Shown here piece by piece: positions 16,398 to 25,962 of a stretch of 43,707 nt of DNA. Where the stretch lies: positions 1-43,707 of IMG/VR virus record IMGVR_UViG_3300033076_001308. One strand, written 5' to 3'. Below the pieces are notes generated by a model, which was not told the DNA's origin, did no database searches, and saw only the letters and a program-made list of their open reading frames with translations. Numbering within the stretch: the stretch's first letter is position 1; every line of letters begins with the position of its first letter. Position numbers and translations under genes: made by a program. The stretch comes from a virus (lineage: Duplodnaviria; Caudoviricetes).

Positions 16398-17594
16398 ATG
16401 GTCCCGGTCCTGAACTTCAACGTGCAGCCGCTCGATTCCGAGTTTCGCATCGCCGGTTCAGGCGATGCGACCAAGTTGCTCGCGTTCGAGGTTGACGGCA
16501 TCTCGACAGGCACCACCCGCACGCTCACCGTGCCCGACGCCAGCATCGAGATCCAAGGCACGCCAGAAGTCATCAGTGGGAACTGGACCGCCCGCAACCA
16601 CGCTGAATACACCGTCATCGCCACGGGCACGGCCACAGACCCCACTCCGGTCAACGGTCATTATTTCGGCACCATTGTTCACGCAGGAACCGCGACCATC
16701 GGAGGCACCGCCTATGCCACTCCCGGCGCTCGCGTCATCCGCCTGCGCCACGCCGGTCTGTGGAACAACTACGTATACCCCCACCTTGACGCGGCCTGGA
16801 CGTGGACTCAGGCGCAGACTATTGATTTTGGGTCAGGCGCTCTTCCATCTGCTCTCGGAGTACCGCAAATCCGGCTTGCCGCCGCCGACGGAATCGGAAC
16901 GCGATTTACTGGAGAATCCTGGGGAACTACCGGGTTTCTACTTTGGGGCCGAGGTTCATCTGGCACGCGTGCTTCCCCAACGGCCACGGCAGACGGACAG
17001 GCGCTCTTTGGGATCAATGCCGTAGGCTACGGAACTGCATACACGACCACATCAAGTGGTGGATACCGTGTCATTGCTGACGGCCTTTGGTCGGGAACAA
17101 ATAACGGCATCTACCACACTTGGCTAGGCACTCCAAGCGGATCCCTTGCTACCGCTGCCGAATGGATGCGCCTGCAAAACGGTATCCTCTCTCTTGCCGT
17201 CAACACGGCCAGCACCAGCACCACGACGGGAAGCATTCTCGCCGCTGGCGGGCTCGGCGTTGTCGGGCAGACGACCACCGCGCAGATTGCCGTTACTGCC
17301 ACCACAGATAGCAGCACGGGCACCATTAATGCCCTTGCCAATCCCACGGGCTTTATTCGCCTAACGGGAGCAGCCCCCGATGTGCGCGGCATTGCCAACC
17401 CGGGCGCGTCTGCCTGCCGTCGAGTGGTCCTTTACTGCGTGAACGCTACCACCCTGACCCATGAGGGCGGAACCGCCAGCGCAGCCGACCGCATCACCTC
17501 CGACACTGGGGCGAACATTGCCGTTGCCGCCGGTAAAACCGTGGAGTTGATCTACGACACCGTTTCTAGCCGCTGGCGTCCCGTGAGGTTCTAA
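16398..17594 (+). CDS. Virion fibre/spike-like protein
   Basis: G/T/A/S-rich beta composition; N-terminal DATKLLAFEVDGISTGTTRTLTVP fibre-type motif; lower-GC distal half. Confidence 0.6.
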   Translation: MVPVLNFNVQPLDSEFRIAGSGDATKLLAFEVDGISTGTTRTLTVPDASIEIQGTPEVISGNWTARNHAEYTVIATGTATDPTPVNGHYFGTIVHAGTATIGGTAYATPGARVIRLRHAGLWNNYVYPHLDAAWTWTQAQTIDFGSGALPSALGVPQIRLAAADGIGTRFTGESWGTTGFLLWGRGSSGTRASPTATADGQALFGINAVGYGTAYTTTSSGGYRVIADGLWSGTNNGIYHTWLGTPSGSLATAAEWMRLQNGILSLAVNTASTSTTTGSILAAGGLGVVGQTTTAQIAVTATTDSSTGTINALANPTGFIRLTGAAPDVRGIANPGASACRRVVLYCVNATTLTHEGGTASAADRITSDTGANIAVAAGKTVELIYDTVSSRWRPVRF

Positions 17595-17815
17595 TGCTTA
17601 CTCCCGAACAAACCACGTTCCGCCGCGCCCAGACCGACGACACCAACGGTATCACGGTCTTTTTCTCCATGGACCTGACGGACCCCTTTGGGCAAGTCAA
17701 GGTTGGCGACATGGAGGCTGTGCGGGTTGAGTTCACCCCCGATGAATTGCCGGTTATCGCCGGGATCGTTGCACGCGCCCGCGCTTTGTATGTGGACGGG
17801 AAAAACGGTGCCTGA
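17594..17815 (+). CDS. Small hypothetical protein (possible fibre chaperone)
   Basis: 73 aa, TAATG coupling. Confidence 0.65.
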   Translation: MLTPEQTTFRRAQTDDTNGITVFFSMDLTDPFGQVKVGDMEAVRVEFTPDELPVIAGIVARARALYVDGKNGA

Positions 17816-18023
17816 CTACTGCACTGGCGCACCTGACGGACCGGCCAAGCCGTGCTGCCGGCAGCACGACGAGGACTACGCCGCCCAGGTGCCCCGGGCG
17901 GTTGCCGACCGTCGCCTCTACGCCTGCATGAAGGCTCGGGGCCTCTGGGTACGCGCCCCGATTTACTACCTTGCCGTTCGCCTGTTCGGCTGGTATTTCT
18001 ACCCGCGGAGCCCGAAGCCATGA
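17808..18023 (+). CDS. Phospholipase A2-like small protein
   Basis: GTG start; YCTGAPD...CCRQHDEDY...ADRRLYAC...YYLAVRLFG matches the PLA2 CCxxHDxxY catalytic signature. Confidence 0.7.
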   Translation: MPDYCTGAPDGPAKPCCRQHDEDYAAQVPRAVADRRLYACMKARGLWVRAPIYYLAVRLFGWYFYPRSPKP

Positions 18024-18199
18024 CCACCCCTGCCTCTCCTGTTAATCACACCCCCGTCGATTCGTTCGCGGCCGTCATCAAAGTGATGAACGCGGCTCTC
18101 GAGCATACGCCGCCCCACACCCGCGACCTGCTCACCTCTGGAGTCCAGGTCCATGTGCAGAACGTCGACGCTGCGCTGCGGACTGGTGGCCCCGGATGA
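18020..18199 (+). CDS. Small hypothetical protein (MTTPASPVNH...)
   Basis: 59 aa, ATGA overlaps on both sides. Confidence 0.55.
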   Translation: MTTPASPVNHTPVDSFAAVIKVMNAALEHTPPHTRDLLTSGVQVHVQNVDAALRTGGPG

Positions 18200-18558
18200 C
18201 ACGGTCCCGCTCCTTCGAGCCGCACGACGACCCGATGCGCAGTGGCGGATACCCGGCGGTGCCCCCGACCGGGACCTGGGCCAAGGACAAGGCGAGTATC
18301 ACCACCTGGGTTACGGGCATCGCTTCCACGGCCCTGTGCGCCCTCTGCGGCTGGCTGTGGACGGGATTCAACTCTCATGAGACGCGACTCGTCGCCGTTG
18401 AGACGCAGCAGAAGATTGACGCCACTGCCCGAACCGAGGAGCAGCGGCGTCTTGATGCTCGCCTCGACCGCATGGACCGCAAACTCGATGAAGTCCTCAT
18501 GTGGCAACGGAGGGATCTTCATCCTGAAGTCTCGGCGCCCTCCTCTTCCTCACGCTGA
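18196..18558 (+). CDS. Single-TM + coiled-coil membrane protein (holin-like)
   Basis: TM ITTWVTGIASTALCALCGWLWTGF followed by heptad-rich RLDARLDRMDRKLDEVL. Confidence 0.55.
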   Translation: MTRSRSFEPHDDPMRSGGYPAVPPTGTWAKDKASITTWVTGIASTALCALCGWLWTGFNSHETRLVAVETQQKIDATARTEEQRRLDARLDRMDRKLDEVLMWQRRDLHPEVSAPSSSSR

Positions 18559-18561
18559 CGG

Positions 18562-18963
18562 ATGAAACTGGTCCTCGCGGTCCTCATCGTCCTCTGCCTC
18601 GCGGGGTGCTTTTCTTCCTCGCGCCAGGAGCAGACACGTGAAGTCGAGGTCAGGCGAGGAACTGAGCAGGGCAAGCCGACCAACCTCGTCATCGAACGGC
18701 GTGAAGTCGTCACCGAGGAGGCCAAGTCCGGCCTCGACCCCCAGGCCATCGCCGCCATGGTGCAGGAAGCGGTCAAAGCCGCCGTACCGGGGGCCGAGCA
18801 GATCGCCGCCCTCATCCCCAAGCCCGAGGACCCCGAGCCGATGAAGATATTCGGCCTCGACCCTGAGACGGCCATGGGCCTTGCCGGGGCGGCCTGGGGC
18901 GGCGAACGGGCCATTGCCGTCGCCTTGAAGCGCCGTCGCCTGAAGACCGAGCGAAAGCCGTAG
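18562..18963 (+). CDS. Lipoprotein, spanin-like
   Basis: Signal MKLVLAVLIVLCLAG|C lipobox; C-terminal semi-hydrophobic segment then KRRRLK. Confidence 0.6.
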   Translation: MKLVLAVLIVLCLAGCFSSSRQEQTREVEVRRGTEQGKPTNLVIERREVVTEEAKSGLDPQAIAAMVQEAVKAAVPGAEQIAALIPKPEDPEPMKIFGLDPETAMGLAGAAWGGERAIAVALKRRRLKTERKP

Positions 18964-18965
18964 GC

Positions 18966-18992
18966 TTGCACGAGGTCAAACCCCAGTACCGT
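18966..18992 (+). promoter_or_regulatory. Putative late promoter
   Basis: TTGCAC-N15-TACCGT-N8-ATG(19001). Confidence 0.55.
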
Positions 18993-19000
18993 CCGGGGGC

Positions 19001-19273
19001 ATGCCCACCTTCAACATCACGACGCTCGGCACGACCAGCCCCACGACGCTGACCGCAGCCTCGTCGATTCTGTGCATTTCCGGCACGTTCGACGGCGACG
19101 TGATCGTGAACACCGGGCCGTCTGGGGCCCCGCTGGTCCCCCTGACCATCTGGCCGGGCACGAAGATCGGCCCCCGTGCGGCGTTCGACTGCCGTATCCC
19201 GTCCGGGTACCAAGTATCGGTCACGACGGCCAACGGGTCCGTTCTCCCGAACCTGCGCGTGGACATTGACTGA
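19001..19273 (+). CDS. Small beta-rich putative virion protein
   Basis: 90 aa, T/S/G-rich (ISGTFDG motif). Confidence 0.65.
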   Translation: MPTFNITTLGTTSPTTLTAASSILCISGTFDGDVIVNTGPSGAPLVPLTIWPGTKIGPRAAFDCRIPSGYQVSVTTANGSVLPNLRVDID

Positions 19274-19275
19274 CC

Positions 19276-19446
19276 ATGTCCGAAGCCCGGATCGTCTCTC
19301 CGATGCTTCGGCGGTTGGTGAAGCCGCTCTTCGACACGCCATTCCGTGGGCCTGGGGGCGGTGCGCCCCCGCCCACCTACATCCCGCGCCTGTGGTTCAA
19401 CGATAACCGCAACTCGCAGTATGTCCCTCTCGTCTTCCGCACGTAA
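19276..19446 (+). CDS. Small hypothetical protein MSEARIVSPMLRRLVKPLFDTPF...YVPLVFRT
   Basis: 56 aa, below the track cutoff; fills the gap between neighbouring genes. Confidence 0.55.
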   Translation: MSEARIVSPMLRRLVKPLFDTPFRGPGGGAPPPTYIPRLWFNDNRNSQYVPLVFRT

Positions 19447-19455
19447 GGCCTACGC

Positions 19456-20733
19456 ATGACCACGATCAACGTCCTCGACGCCGGATCCACGACCCGCGCC
19501 ATCGCCACGCCTCGCGGCACGATGACGGCGCAACCGACGGCGTTCAGCATGGCCCTCGTCAACGATGCCATCACGGCGACGGTCGAGGCCGGCACCGAGA
19601 TCAGTTTCTGCTTGGCGGTGCCCAACTTCATCGCCACGGGAACCTTCCAGGTCGAGTTCGAGAAGTTCGATGGCACGTCCTGGACGGCCTGCACGGTGAT
19701 CCCCAAGACCCTCATCGGCGGCGCCGCCGGAGTGACGAACACCACGGCCATCGGCATGTGGCGCTACACGGTCGAGTTGGGCATCACGCAGATCCGCCTG
19801 CGCCTGTCGGCCATCAGTACCCTGACCTCCGTCTGGGGCTGGGTCGAACTGTTCGAGGACGGCCGCAAGGTTCACCTCCCGTTTGCAGGCCTCACCTCCG
19901 GCACCTTCGCCATCGCCACGAACAACCCGATCGTTCCGGCCATCAACTGGGATCGTCTCGGGGATGTGGAAATCGACATCCAGGCCTTCGCGGGCACCAG
20001 CCAGACGCTGACGTGGCAATCCACCAACGATGACTCCGGCGCCAACTGGGGCGGCGCAGCGCACATCATCACCACCGGGGCCACTCCCACGGCCGGCACG
20101 TCCACCACGGCGGCGGGTGCCTACAAGATCACTCCCGGGCGCCAGTATTTCCGTGCCAATTTGACGTACACCGCGCTGACGGCGATGGCCATCAACGGCA
20201 TCGTCTCGACCGTGACGTCGTCAGTTGCGGCTTCGCCGATCATCGTGGCAGGTGGCCCAGTAGCAGCGGGCGCCACGACGGGCTTGGGCAACCCCTTTGC
20301 GTCCGGGTTCCAATGCCAGACGGCCGCGCTGACCACCGCTGACGCGAACAACCGCCTGACGATCCCGGTGACGACCCCTGGGCGCCAGACCGTCGTTCGC
20401 CCGGGCCAACTTCGTGCCGCCCAGTCCCAGGGCACCATCACCCTGTCGACCACCACGGAAACGACGCTGCTGGCCGCCGTCGCTTCCCTGTTCCAGGACA
20501 TTACGGAACTGGACATCGACAACACCAGCGCAAGCCCGGTCCGTGTGGATTTTCGCACGACTACCGCTGGCGCCGTGGTGCTGTCCGTGACCGTGGCCGC
20601 TGGCTCGCACCAGCGTCTCACCTGGAAGACGGGCCTGCTCCAGGCCGCGGTGAACACCAACTGGACGGCCCAACTTTCAGCCGCTGTGACGGATGTCCGT
20701 ATCACCGCCGTCGCGGATCGCTGGGTGGGGTAA
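19456..20733 (+). CDS. Multi-domain beta-sandwich virion protein (spike/fibre/decoration)
   Basis: 425 aa, T/A/G-rich, with repeated jelly-roll-like modules (QIRLRLSA, YFRANLT). Confidence 0.65.
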   Translation: MTTINVLDAGSTTRAIATPRGTMTAQPTAFSMALVNDAITATVEAGTEISFCLAVPNFIATGTFQVEFEKFDGTSWTACTVIPKTLIGGAAGVTNTTAIGMWRYTVELGITQIRLRLSAISTLTSVWGWVELFEDGRKVHLPFAGLTSGTFAIATNNPIVPAINWDRLGDVEIDIQAFAGTSQTLTWQSTNDDSGANWGGAAHIITTGATPTAGTSTTAAGAYKITPGRQYFRANLTYTALTAMAINGIVSTVTSSVAASPIIVAGGPVAAGATTGLGNPFASGFQCQTAALTTADANNRLTIPVTTPGRQTVVRPGQLRAAQSQGTITLSTTTETTLLAAVASLFQDITELDIDNTSASPVRVDFRTTTAGAVVLSVTVAAGSHQRLTWKTGLLQAAVNTNWTAQLSAAVTDVRITAVADRWVG

Positions 20734-20734
20734 C

Positions 20735-20881
20735 ATGGAACCGTTCGAGATCCTGGGAGCCGACCCGGATAATCCTCTCACCCACGTCCTCATCGTGGTT
20801 CGACAGAAAACCTACTCGGCTGCCCAGGGGCTCGAACAGCCCACGGCCGACGAGGTCGCCATGAACCACGGTGCGGCGTAG
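20735..20881 (+). CDS. Small hypothetical protein MEPFEILGADPDNP...
   Basis: 48 aa, starts 1 nt after the upstream stop. Confidence 0.5.
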   Translation: MEPFEILGADPDNPLTHVLIVVRQKTYSAAQGLEQPTADEVAMNHGAA

Positions 20882-20883
20882 GA

Positions 20884-20910
20884 TTGCCGAGGCCGGAGAC
20901 GCGATAGGCT
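20884..20910 (+). promoter_or_regulatory. Putative late leaderless promoter (portal)
   Basis: TTGCCG-N15-TAGGCT-N6-ATG(20917). Confidence 0.65.
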
Positions 20911-20916
20911 CGGGCC

Positions 20917-22944
20917 ATGCTCGACCCTGCGGCCCCTCCCGTTGATGCAGCCCCGGCGGCTTCGCCGGTGCCCGAACCCTTGAGCGCGTACAGCCTCACC
21001 CCCGACGCCAACAAGGCCGTCGCCAAGGTGCTGAAGCAGTTGCTCGACGCGGCCAAGGACGCCCGGGCCGACTTCATCAAGACCCGCGACGAGATCAAAC
21101 AGTACGCCTACGATCGCACGTTCAGTTTCCTGTACCAGGAGCAGGACCAGGACTTGTTCTTCAAGGCCAAGATCGCCAAGGCGGCCGAGTTCCTGGAGAT
21201 CATGGGCGCCGCGCTCTATCCGTCGAATCCCGAGGCGGCCGTCAACACCTTCGAGTTTGCCAGCCTGACCCAGCGCCTGCGGCACAAGACCGAGAAGGAC
21301 TACTGCGACTACGCATGGCGCCACGGCGACATGACCCAGCACGGCAGCCGGCTCGTCCACGACGGCCTGCTGGGTGGCCGCGGGGTGGTGTGGACCGGGT
21401 ACAACGGGCGGAAGAAAATCGTGCAGTCGGTGCATGACACCGTCGACAACCTGCTGATCGACGCCGACGCCAAGACGAAAGAGGAGGTCAATTGGGTCGC
21501 CCGCCGGCGCATCAAGCCGCGCTGGATGCTGATGAAGTTGTACCCCGAGGCGAGGGACACCATCGCCCGCCTGGAGAAGCACACCGACAGCAAGTCGAAC
21601 GCGGCCAAGGGCTCCGGCAACCACGCCAGCGACCTCATCGAATACCACGAGGTCTACATGCGCGTCGGGCTGGCGAACTACTCGCCCGACATGCTGCGCG
21701 ACAGCGACCCCGCCACGCAGCAGGCATTCGCAGACGACGCCCCGAAGAAATACGTCGTGGCCTGCGACTACCTGCTGGAGGTCGGAGAGTGGGAGATCCC
21801 ATTCTTCCACGGCGACATGTGGCCGTGCGAGTGGTTTGATCCGCTCCAGGGCAACTGCGGCCTGTGGCCCACAAGCCCCCTGGAGACTGGCCTCGGGCAC
21901 CTCAAGGCCCTGAACTGGATCTACACGCTCTACCTGTCGAAGATGCGCGTGACCACCCGCACGCCCCTGGTCGTGGCCAACATCAATGGCCAGGGCCTCG
22001 ACGATGATGCGATCGTCAAGATCCTCAAAGGCAAAGACCTCGACATCGTGCGTGTCACGATCAACGGGGACGTACTGAAACTCAGCGACCTCGTCCAGCA
22101 GTTCAAGTTCGATACCGGGGTCGAAGAGTTCGAGCGGTTTGTCAGCATCGTCGGATCCGCGTTCGAGAAGGCGACGGGCCTTTACGAGGTCTTGTATACC
22201 GGCACCACGCCTACGCAGATCCGCAACGCCACGACGGCCGACATGATCCGCAACGCCTCATCCTCGCGGATCAACAACATGCAGGTCCGCATGGAACAGT
22301 TCATGGCACGGCTCGCCCTGAAAACCATGTTCGCCGCCCGGTACCTGGAAAGCCCCGAGGACATCGCCGCGAAGTTCGGGCCCCAGGCCGCCGAGACATG
22401 GGGCGTCCTCGCCCCGCCCGAACAGGTGCAGATGGAACGGCAGCAGCGCGAGATGCTGAAGGCTCAACTGCAGCAGACCCTCACCATGCAGGCCAGCATG
22501 CCTGTGCCCGGGCCCATGGGTCCTATGCCGCCCGCCCCGCCGGATCCCGCCGTCATCGCCGGGCAGGTCGAGGCCCAACTTGGCCCCGAGATGCTGGTGT
22601 CCCTCGAGGACTGGTTGAACGAAGCCAGCCGCGACGTGCAGGCCGGCAGCATGCGGCCTATGAACCCGCAGGCCCAGGTCGACAACCTCAACGTCGCCCT
22701 CAACCAGTTGGCTCCGGCGGTCGCCACCATCCCCGGCGGCGCCGAGTTCGTGGCGCACATCTCCGTCGAGTTCGCCCGGCTCAACAAGTACAGCCTGGAG
22801 TTCCAGGAGGCGGCCAAAAAGTTCGCTGCCCAGGCGGCCCAGGTCACGCAGGCCCAGGTCATGGCCGCGAGCATGCCTCCCCTTCCCCCCTCCACTGGCA
22901 CGCCCGAAAAGGGGCCGCAAACCGGCCCGGAAGGTGGAAAATAA
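20917..22944 (+). CDS. Portal protein
   Basis: 675 aa; DGLLGGRGVVWTGY, NLLIDADA, FEKATG...TAD; Q/P-rich C-terminus; upstream of scaffold and capsid. Confidence 0.85.
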   Translation: MLDPAAPPVDAAPAASPVPEPLSAYSLTPDANKAVAKVLKQLLDAAKDARADFIKTRDEIKQYAYDRTFSFLYQEQDQDLFFKAKIAKAAEFLEIMGAALYPSNPEAAVNTFEFASLTQRLRHKTEKDYCDYAWRHGDMTQHGSRLVHDGLLGGRGVVWTGYNGRKKIVQSVHDTVDNLLIDADAKTKEEVNWVARRRIKPRWMLMKLYPEARDTIARLEKHTDSKSNAAKGSGNHASDLIEYHEVYMRVGLANYSPDMLRDSDPATQQAFADDAPKKYVVACDYLLEVGEWEIPFFHGDMWPCEWFDPLQGNCGLWPTSPLETGLGHLKALNWIYTLYLSKMRVTTRTPLVVANINGQGLDDDAIVKILKGKDLDIVRVTINGDVLKLSDLVQQFKFDTGVEEFERFVSIVGSAFEKATGLYEVLYTGTTPTQIRNATTADMIRNASSSRINNMQVRMEQFMARLALKTMFAARYLESPEDIAAKFGPQAAETWGVLAPPEQVQMERQQREMLKAQLQQTLTMQASMPVPGPMGPMPPAPPDPAVIAGQVEAQLGPEMLVSLEDWLNEASRDVQAGSMRPMNPQAQVDNLNVALNQLAPAVATIPGGAEFVAHISVEFARLNKYSLEFQEAAKKFAAQAAQVTQAQVMAASMPPLPPSTGTPEKGPQTGPEGGK

Positions 22945-23267
22945 TGAATCAGCCTATGACATTCTCCGAGCCGGCCAGTGTACGCCGCCAGCGGGCCGTG
23001 AACGCATATCTCACGGCTATGGGCTACCGCGAAGGTGGTGGCACACCGGAGTTCGACGACGCCGCTGTCCAGAAGTACCTCGCCGAAATGCCATCGGTCG
23101 GTAGGGCCTTCCCTAACGGGAGGTTCAGCCGCAGCAAAGCCCTCGATCTTATCGAGGAGGAAATCGACAACATTGATACCTCAGACGATAAAGTAGCCTC
23201 GGCCGTGCAGACCTATCTGCGAATCAAACGGGGCAAGACTTCTCAGCCCTATGACACCGAGAACTGA
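22944..23267 (+). CDS. Hypothetical protein (MNQPMTFSEP...)
   Basis: 107 aa, TAATG coupling to the portal gene. Confidence 0.7.
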   Translation: MNQPMTFSEPASVRRQRAVNAYLTAMGYREGGGTPEFDDAAVQKYLAEMPSVGRAFPNGRFSRSKALDLIEEEIDNIDTSDDKVASAVQTYLRIKRGKTSQPYDTEN

Positions 23268-23282
23268 CGCATTGGAGCCACC

Positions 23283-23594
23283 ATGCCGATCTACACCTAC
23301 GACTGCTCTGACGAGATGTGCGGAGCCCACTTTGAAACCTTCAGCACGGTGAGCGAACGCCACAAGACGACGTGCCCGCAATGCGGAGCCATGGCGCACA
23401 AGTGCGTCGACCTCGTCTCCGTGCGCCCGGACATCCACTCCTGGTCGAATGAGAACAACGGCAAGGGCCGGTACATTTCTCAGTTGCAGACCAGTGTCGG
23501 CGCCAAGCGCGACGAGCATGCCTACTGCCGGTCCCAGCAGGAGGCTATCGACAAGGCCAAGGCCCGCGGATTCGCCGTTTCAAAGACTCGCTGA
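23283..23594 (+). CDS. FmdB-family zinc-ribbon protein
   Basis: MPIYTYDCSDEMCGAHFE...CPQCG; common between portal and scaffold in podoviruses. Confidence 0.85.
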   Translation: MPIYTYDCSDEMCGAHFETFSTVSERHKTTCPQCGAMAHKCVDLVSVRPDIHSWSNENNGKGRYISQLQTSVGAKRDEHAYCRSQQEAIDKAKARGFAVSKTR

Positions 23595-23672
23595 CCGGCG
23601 TGCGCCGGTCGACCATGGACTGTTGCCCCCGCAGCACCCATCGGAGCCACACACGGGGGCAGGATTGACACC

Positions 23673-24692
23673 ATGCCGGATGACCTTACCACTCCCTCCA
23701 GCGCCCCCGCGCCGGATACCAGCAACTCCTCGGCCCCGTCTACGGGTACACCGACCGCTGCTCCGACGCAGCCCAGCGCCCAAGACGCCCAGCCGAACCC
23801 CGGCACCGGCGCCCCCGCTCCTTCTGATCCGAATAGCGTGGTGCAACAGCCGCAACCCGGCCAGCCGGCTCCGAAGCCTGTGGACTTCGAGGCTCGCTAC
23901 CGCGAGTTGCAGTCCTACGCCGACAAGCGTTGGCAGCAGGCCCAGCAGCGTATCCAGGCCTATGAACAGCAACTTTCGCAGTTCCGGGCGCAGCAGGAGC
24001 AGGCCACCAAGGCGAAGGCCGCGATGCCCTGGCAGAAAGAAAGCCCCGACCGGGCCAAGTTCCAGTCGGTGTTGGAACGCTCCAAGGCCATCGAACGGCA
24101 GGTGCAGGCCGCCCAGTCCATCCAAGACCCGGTGCAGCGCGAAGCCGCGATGAATGCCATCGCGTCGGGTATTTCCGACGAGGAGCAGGCGCAACTGCGT
24201 CAGTTCCGAGAGCAGCAGCGCGAGTTCCAGGCCAACTTCTTCTCCGACCCCGAGGGAACCCTGTTCCCCGTGATCGAGAAGGCTGCGCAATCCGTGTTCA
24301 GCCGGATGCGTGATGAGATCCAGGGCCGCATGCGCGTCGAACAGGATTTCGAGGCCCCCCACCTCCAACCGATTCTGCAGAACCCCGAATACGCGGGCTA
24401 CCTGCAGTCGAAGTTGTCGGCCGGGGTCGACTATGACACAGCGATGGAACTGGTGAAATACCGGGCCGCCGCTGAAATGATGCACCAACGCCTTTCGGGG
24501 ATGCAGCCGCAGGTGGCCGCCGCCCAGGAACAGCAGCGCCTTGCCAAAGCCCGCGCCTCTGGCGTGGTCAGCCCTGACCCCGCCCCGGCTCCGGTCGATT
24601 CCTACCAACTCGCGCTCAAGGAAGCGCAGTCGAAGGGGATCCAGCCCGGAACTCCCGCGTTCAACCGCATCCTCCTCAAGTATCCTCAGTAA
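23673..24692 (+). CDS. Capsid scaffolding protein
   Basis: Disordered P/S/T N-terminus, DFEARYRELQSYADKRWQ coiled coil; directly upstream of the capsid gene. Confidence 0.8.
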   Translation: MPDDLTTPSSAPAPDTSNSSAPSTGTPTAAPTQPSAQDAQPNPGTGAPAPSDPNSVVQQPQPGQPAPKPVDFEARYRELQSYADKRWQQAQQRIQAYEQQLSQFRAQQEQATKAKAAMPWQKESPDRAKFQSVLERSKAIERQVQAAQSIQDPVQREAAMNAIASGISDEEQAQLRQFREQQREFQANFFSDPEGTLFPVIEKAAQSVFSRMRDEIQGRMRVEQDFEAPHLQPILQNPEYAGYLQSKLSAGVDYDTAMELVKYRAAAEMMHQRLSGMQPQVAAAQEQQRLAKARASGVVSPDPAPAPVDSYQLALKEAQSKGIQPGTPAFNRILLKYPQ

Positions 24693-24704
24693 GGATCCTC
24701 TGCC

Positions 24705-25895
24705 ATGCCCGGCATTTTCGACGCCCTCACCCCCACCACCATCGCCAACTTCGCCCGCGGCGCTTGGGACGGCATCAGCATCAACTGCTGGGCCCTCGCC
24801 GAGATGAAGCGTGCTGGCGCCTTCCAGTACGATGTCGGCGGCGACAGCCTGTCCGGCCCGATCGAGGCTGGCCGCTACCAGCCCACCATCACCGCCCCCG
24901 GCCAGGACCTGTCGGCCCTGTTCACCCCCAAGGTGCGTCATGCCCGTTGGAACTTCGGCTGGGGCGAACTCGCCAACGCCCTGGTGATCGACAACGGCAT
25001 GCTGCGGCGCAACTCCGGCGACCAAGCCCTCGTGCGTCTGCGCGATGTCGAGATCCCGGCGATGTTCCGCGACACGCTCATCGGCACCAACGGCCTCGTC
25101 CACCAGTTCTACAACATGAACGGGTCGGCCTTCACCGGCCAGGGCCTGCCGTTCTACGGTCTGCCCTCGTTCCTGGTCCCGGCTGGCACGGCCAACCTCA
25201 ACGGGTTCAACCGCGTCACCAAGGCCCTCACCGGCAGCGCCCCCGCCGCCACCGACCGTGAAGTGGCCCTGACCACCAGCGGCCAGACCTATGGTGGCCT
25301 GTCCCTGGCCCCCAACGGCCTGAACGGGGTCGACAGCGCCCAGTACGATTCCTGGATGCCGACGATGGTGAACGCCACGTCGACCGCCTGGAACGGCAGC
25401 GCCAACGCCGCCGCGAACATCGAGCGCAGCCTGCAGTATCTGGTCAACCAGATGACCCGCTTCGGCCAGAACGATCCCAGCATCGCTCCCCGCTTCGGCG
25501 TCCTCGACCAGCAGTACTACGCCTTCCTCGGCGACCTGAAGTCCAGCCGCGAGACGGTGTTCGTCCAGCAGACCAGCAAGACCAACGATGTCCCCGACAC
25601 CGGCTACAAGCCCGTCGAAGGCATCATGCACGCTGGCATCCTGTGGCGCTGGGATGAACTGATGCCCGGCCAGACCGCCTACCTGGGCGCCCCTGGCAAG
25701 ATGAAGTTCCATGTCCAGCCCCTGTACCGCAACGTGCAGGACAGCCCCCTCCGCGTGAGCGGTGAGGAAGCCGGCATCATGGAGTCGGCCATCGTCTATG
25801 ACGTGGTGCGCCGCGGCTATCTGGCCTCGACCACCATCCCCGGACAGTTCGTGTTCGAGCCCCGCTACTGGGGCTGCCTGCGCAACTACGCCTAA
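24705..25895 (+). CDS. Major capsid protein
   Basis: 396 aa, strong GC3 codon bias, follows the scaffold gene, followed by a stem-loop. Confidence 0.8.
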   Translation: MPGIFDALTPTTIANFARGAWDGISINCWALAEMKRAGAFQYDVGGDSLSGPIEAGRYQPTITAPGQDLSALFTPKVRHARWNFGWGELANALVIDNGMLRRNSGDQALVRLRDVEIPAMFRDTLIGTNGLVHQFYNMNGSAFTGQGLPFYGLPSFLVPAGTANLNGFNRVTKALTGSAPAATDREVALTTSGQTYGGLSLAPNGLNGVDSAQYDSWMPTMVNATSTAWNGSANAAANIERSLQYLVNQMTRFGQNDPSIAPRFGVLDQQYYAFLGDLKSSRETVFVQQTSKTNDVPDTGYKPVEGIMHAGILWRWDELMPGQTAYLGAPGKMKFHVQPLYRNVQDSPLRVSGEEAGIMESAIVYDVVRRGYLASTTIPGQFVFEPRYWGCLRNYA

Positions 25896-25906
25896 TCCAA
25901 CAACCC

Positions 25907-25934
25907 GCCCCCGGCAATCCTGCCGGGGGCATTT
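25907..25934 (+). terminator. Stem-loop after capsid gene (weak terminator or mRNA stabiliser)
   Basis: GCCCCCGGCA-ATCC-TGCCGGGGGC-ATTT. Confidence 0.6.
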
Positions 25935-25962
25935 GGGGACAGTCCCCTAGAGGTTCACACCA

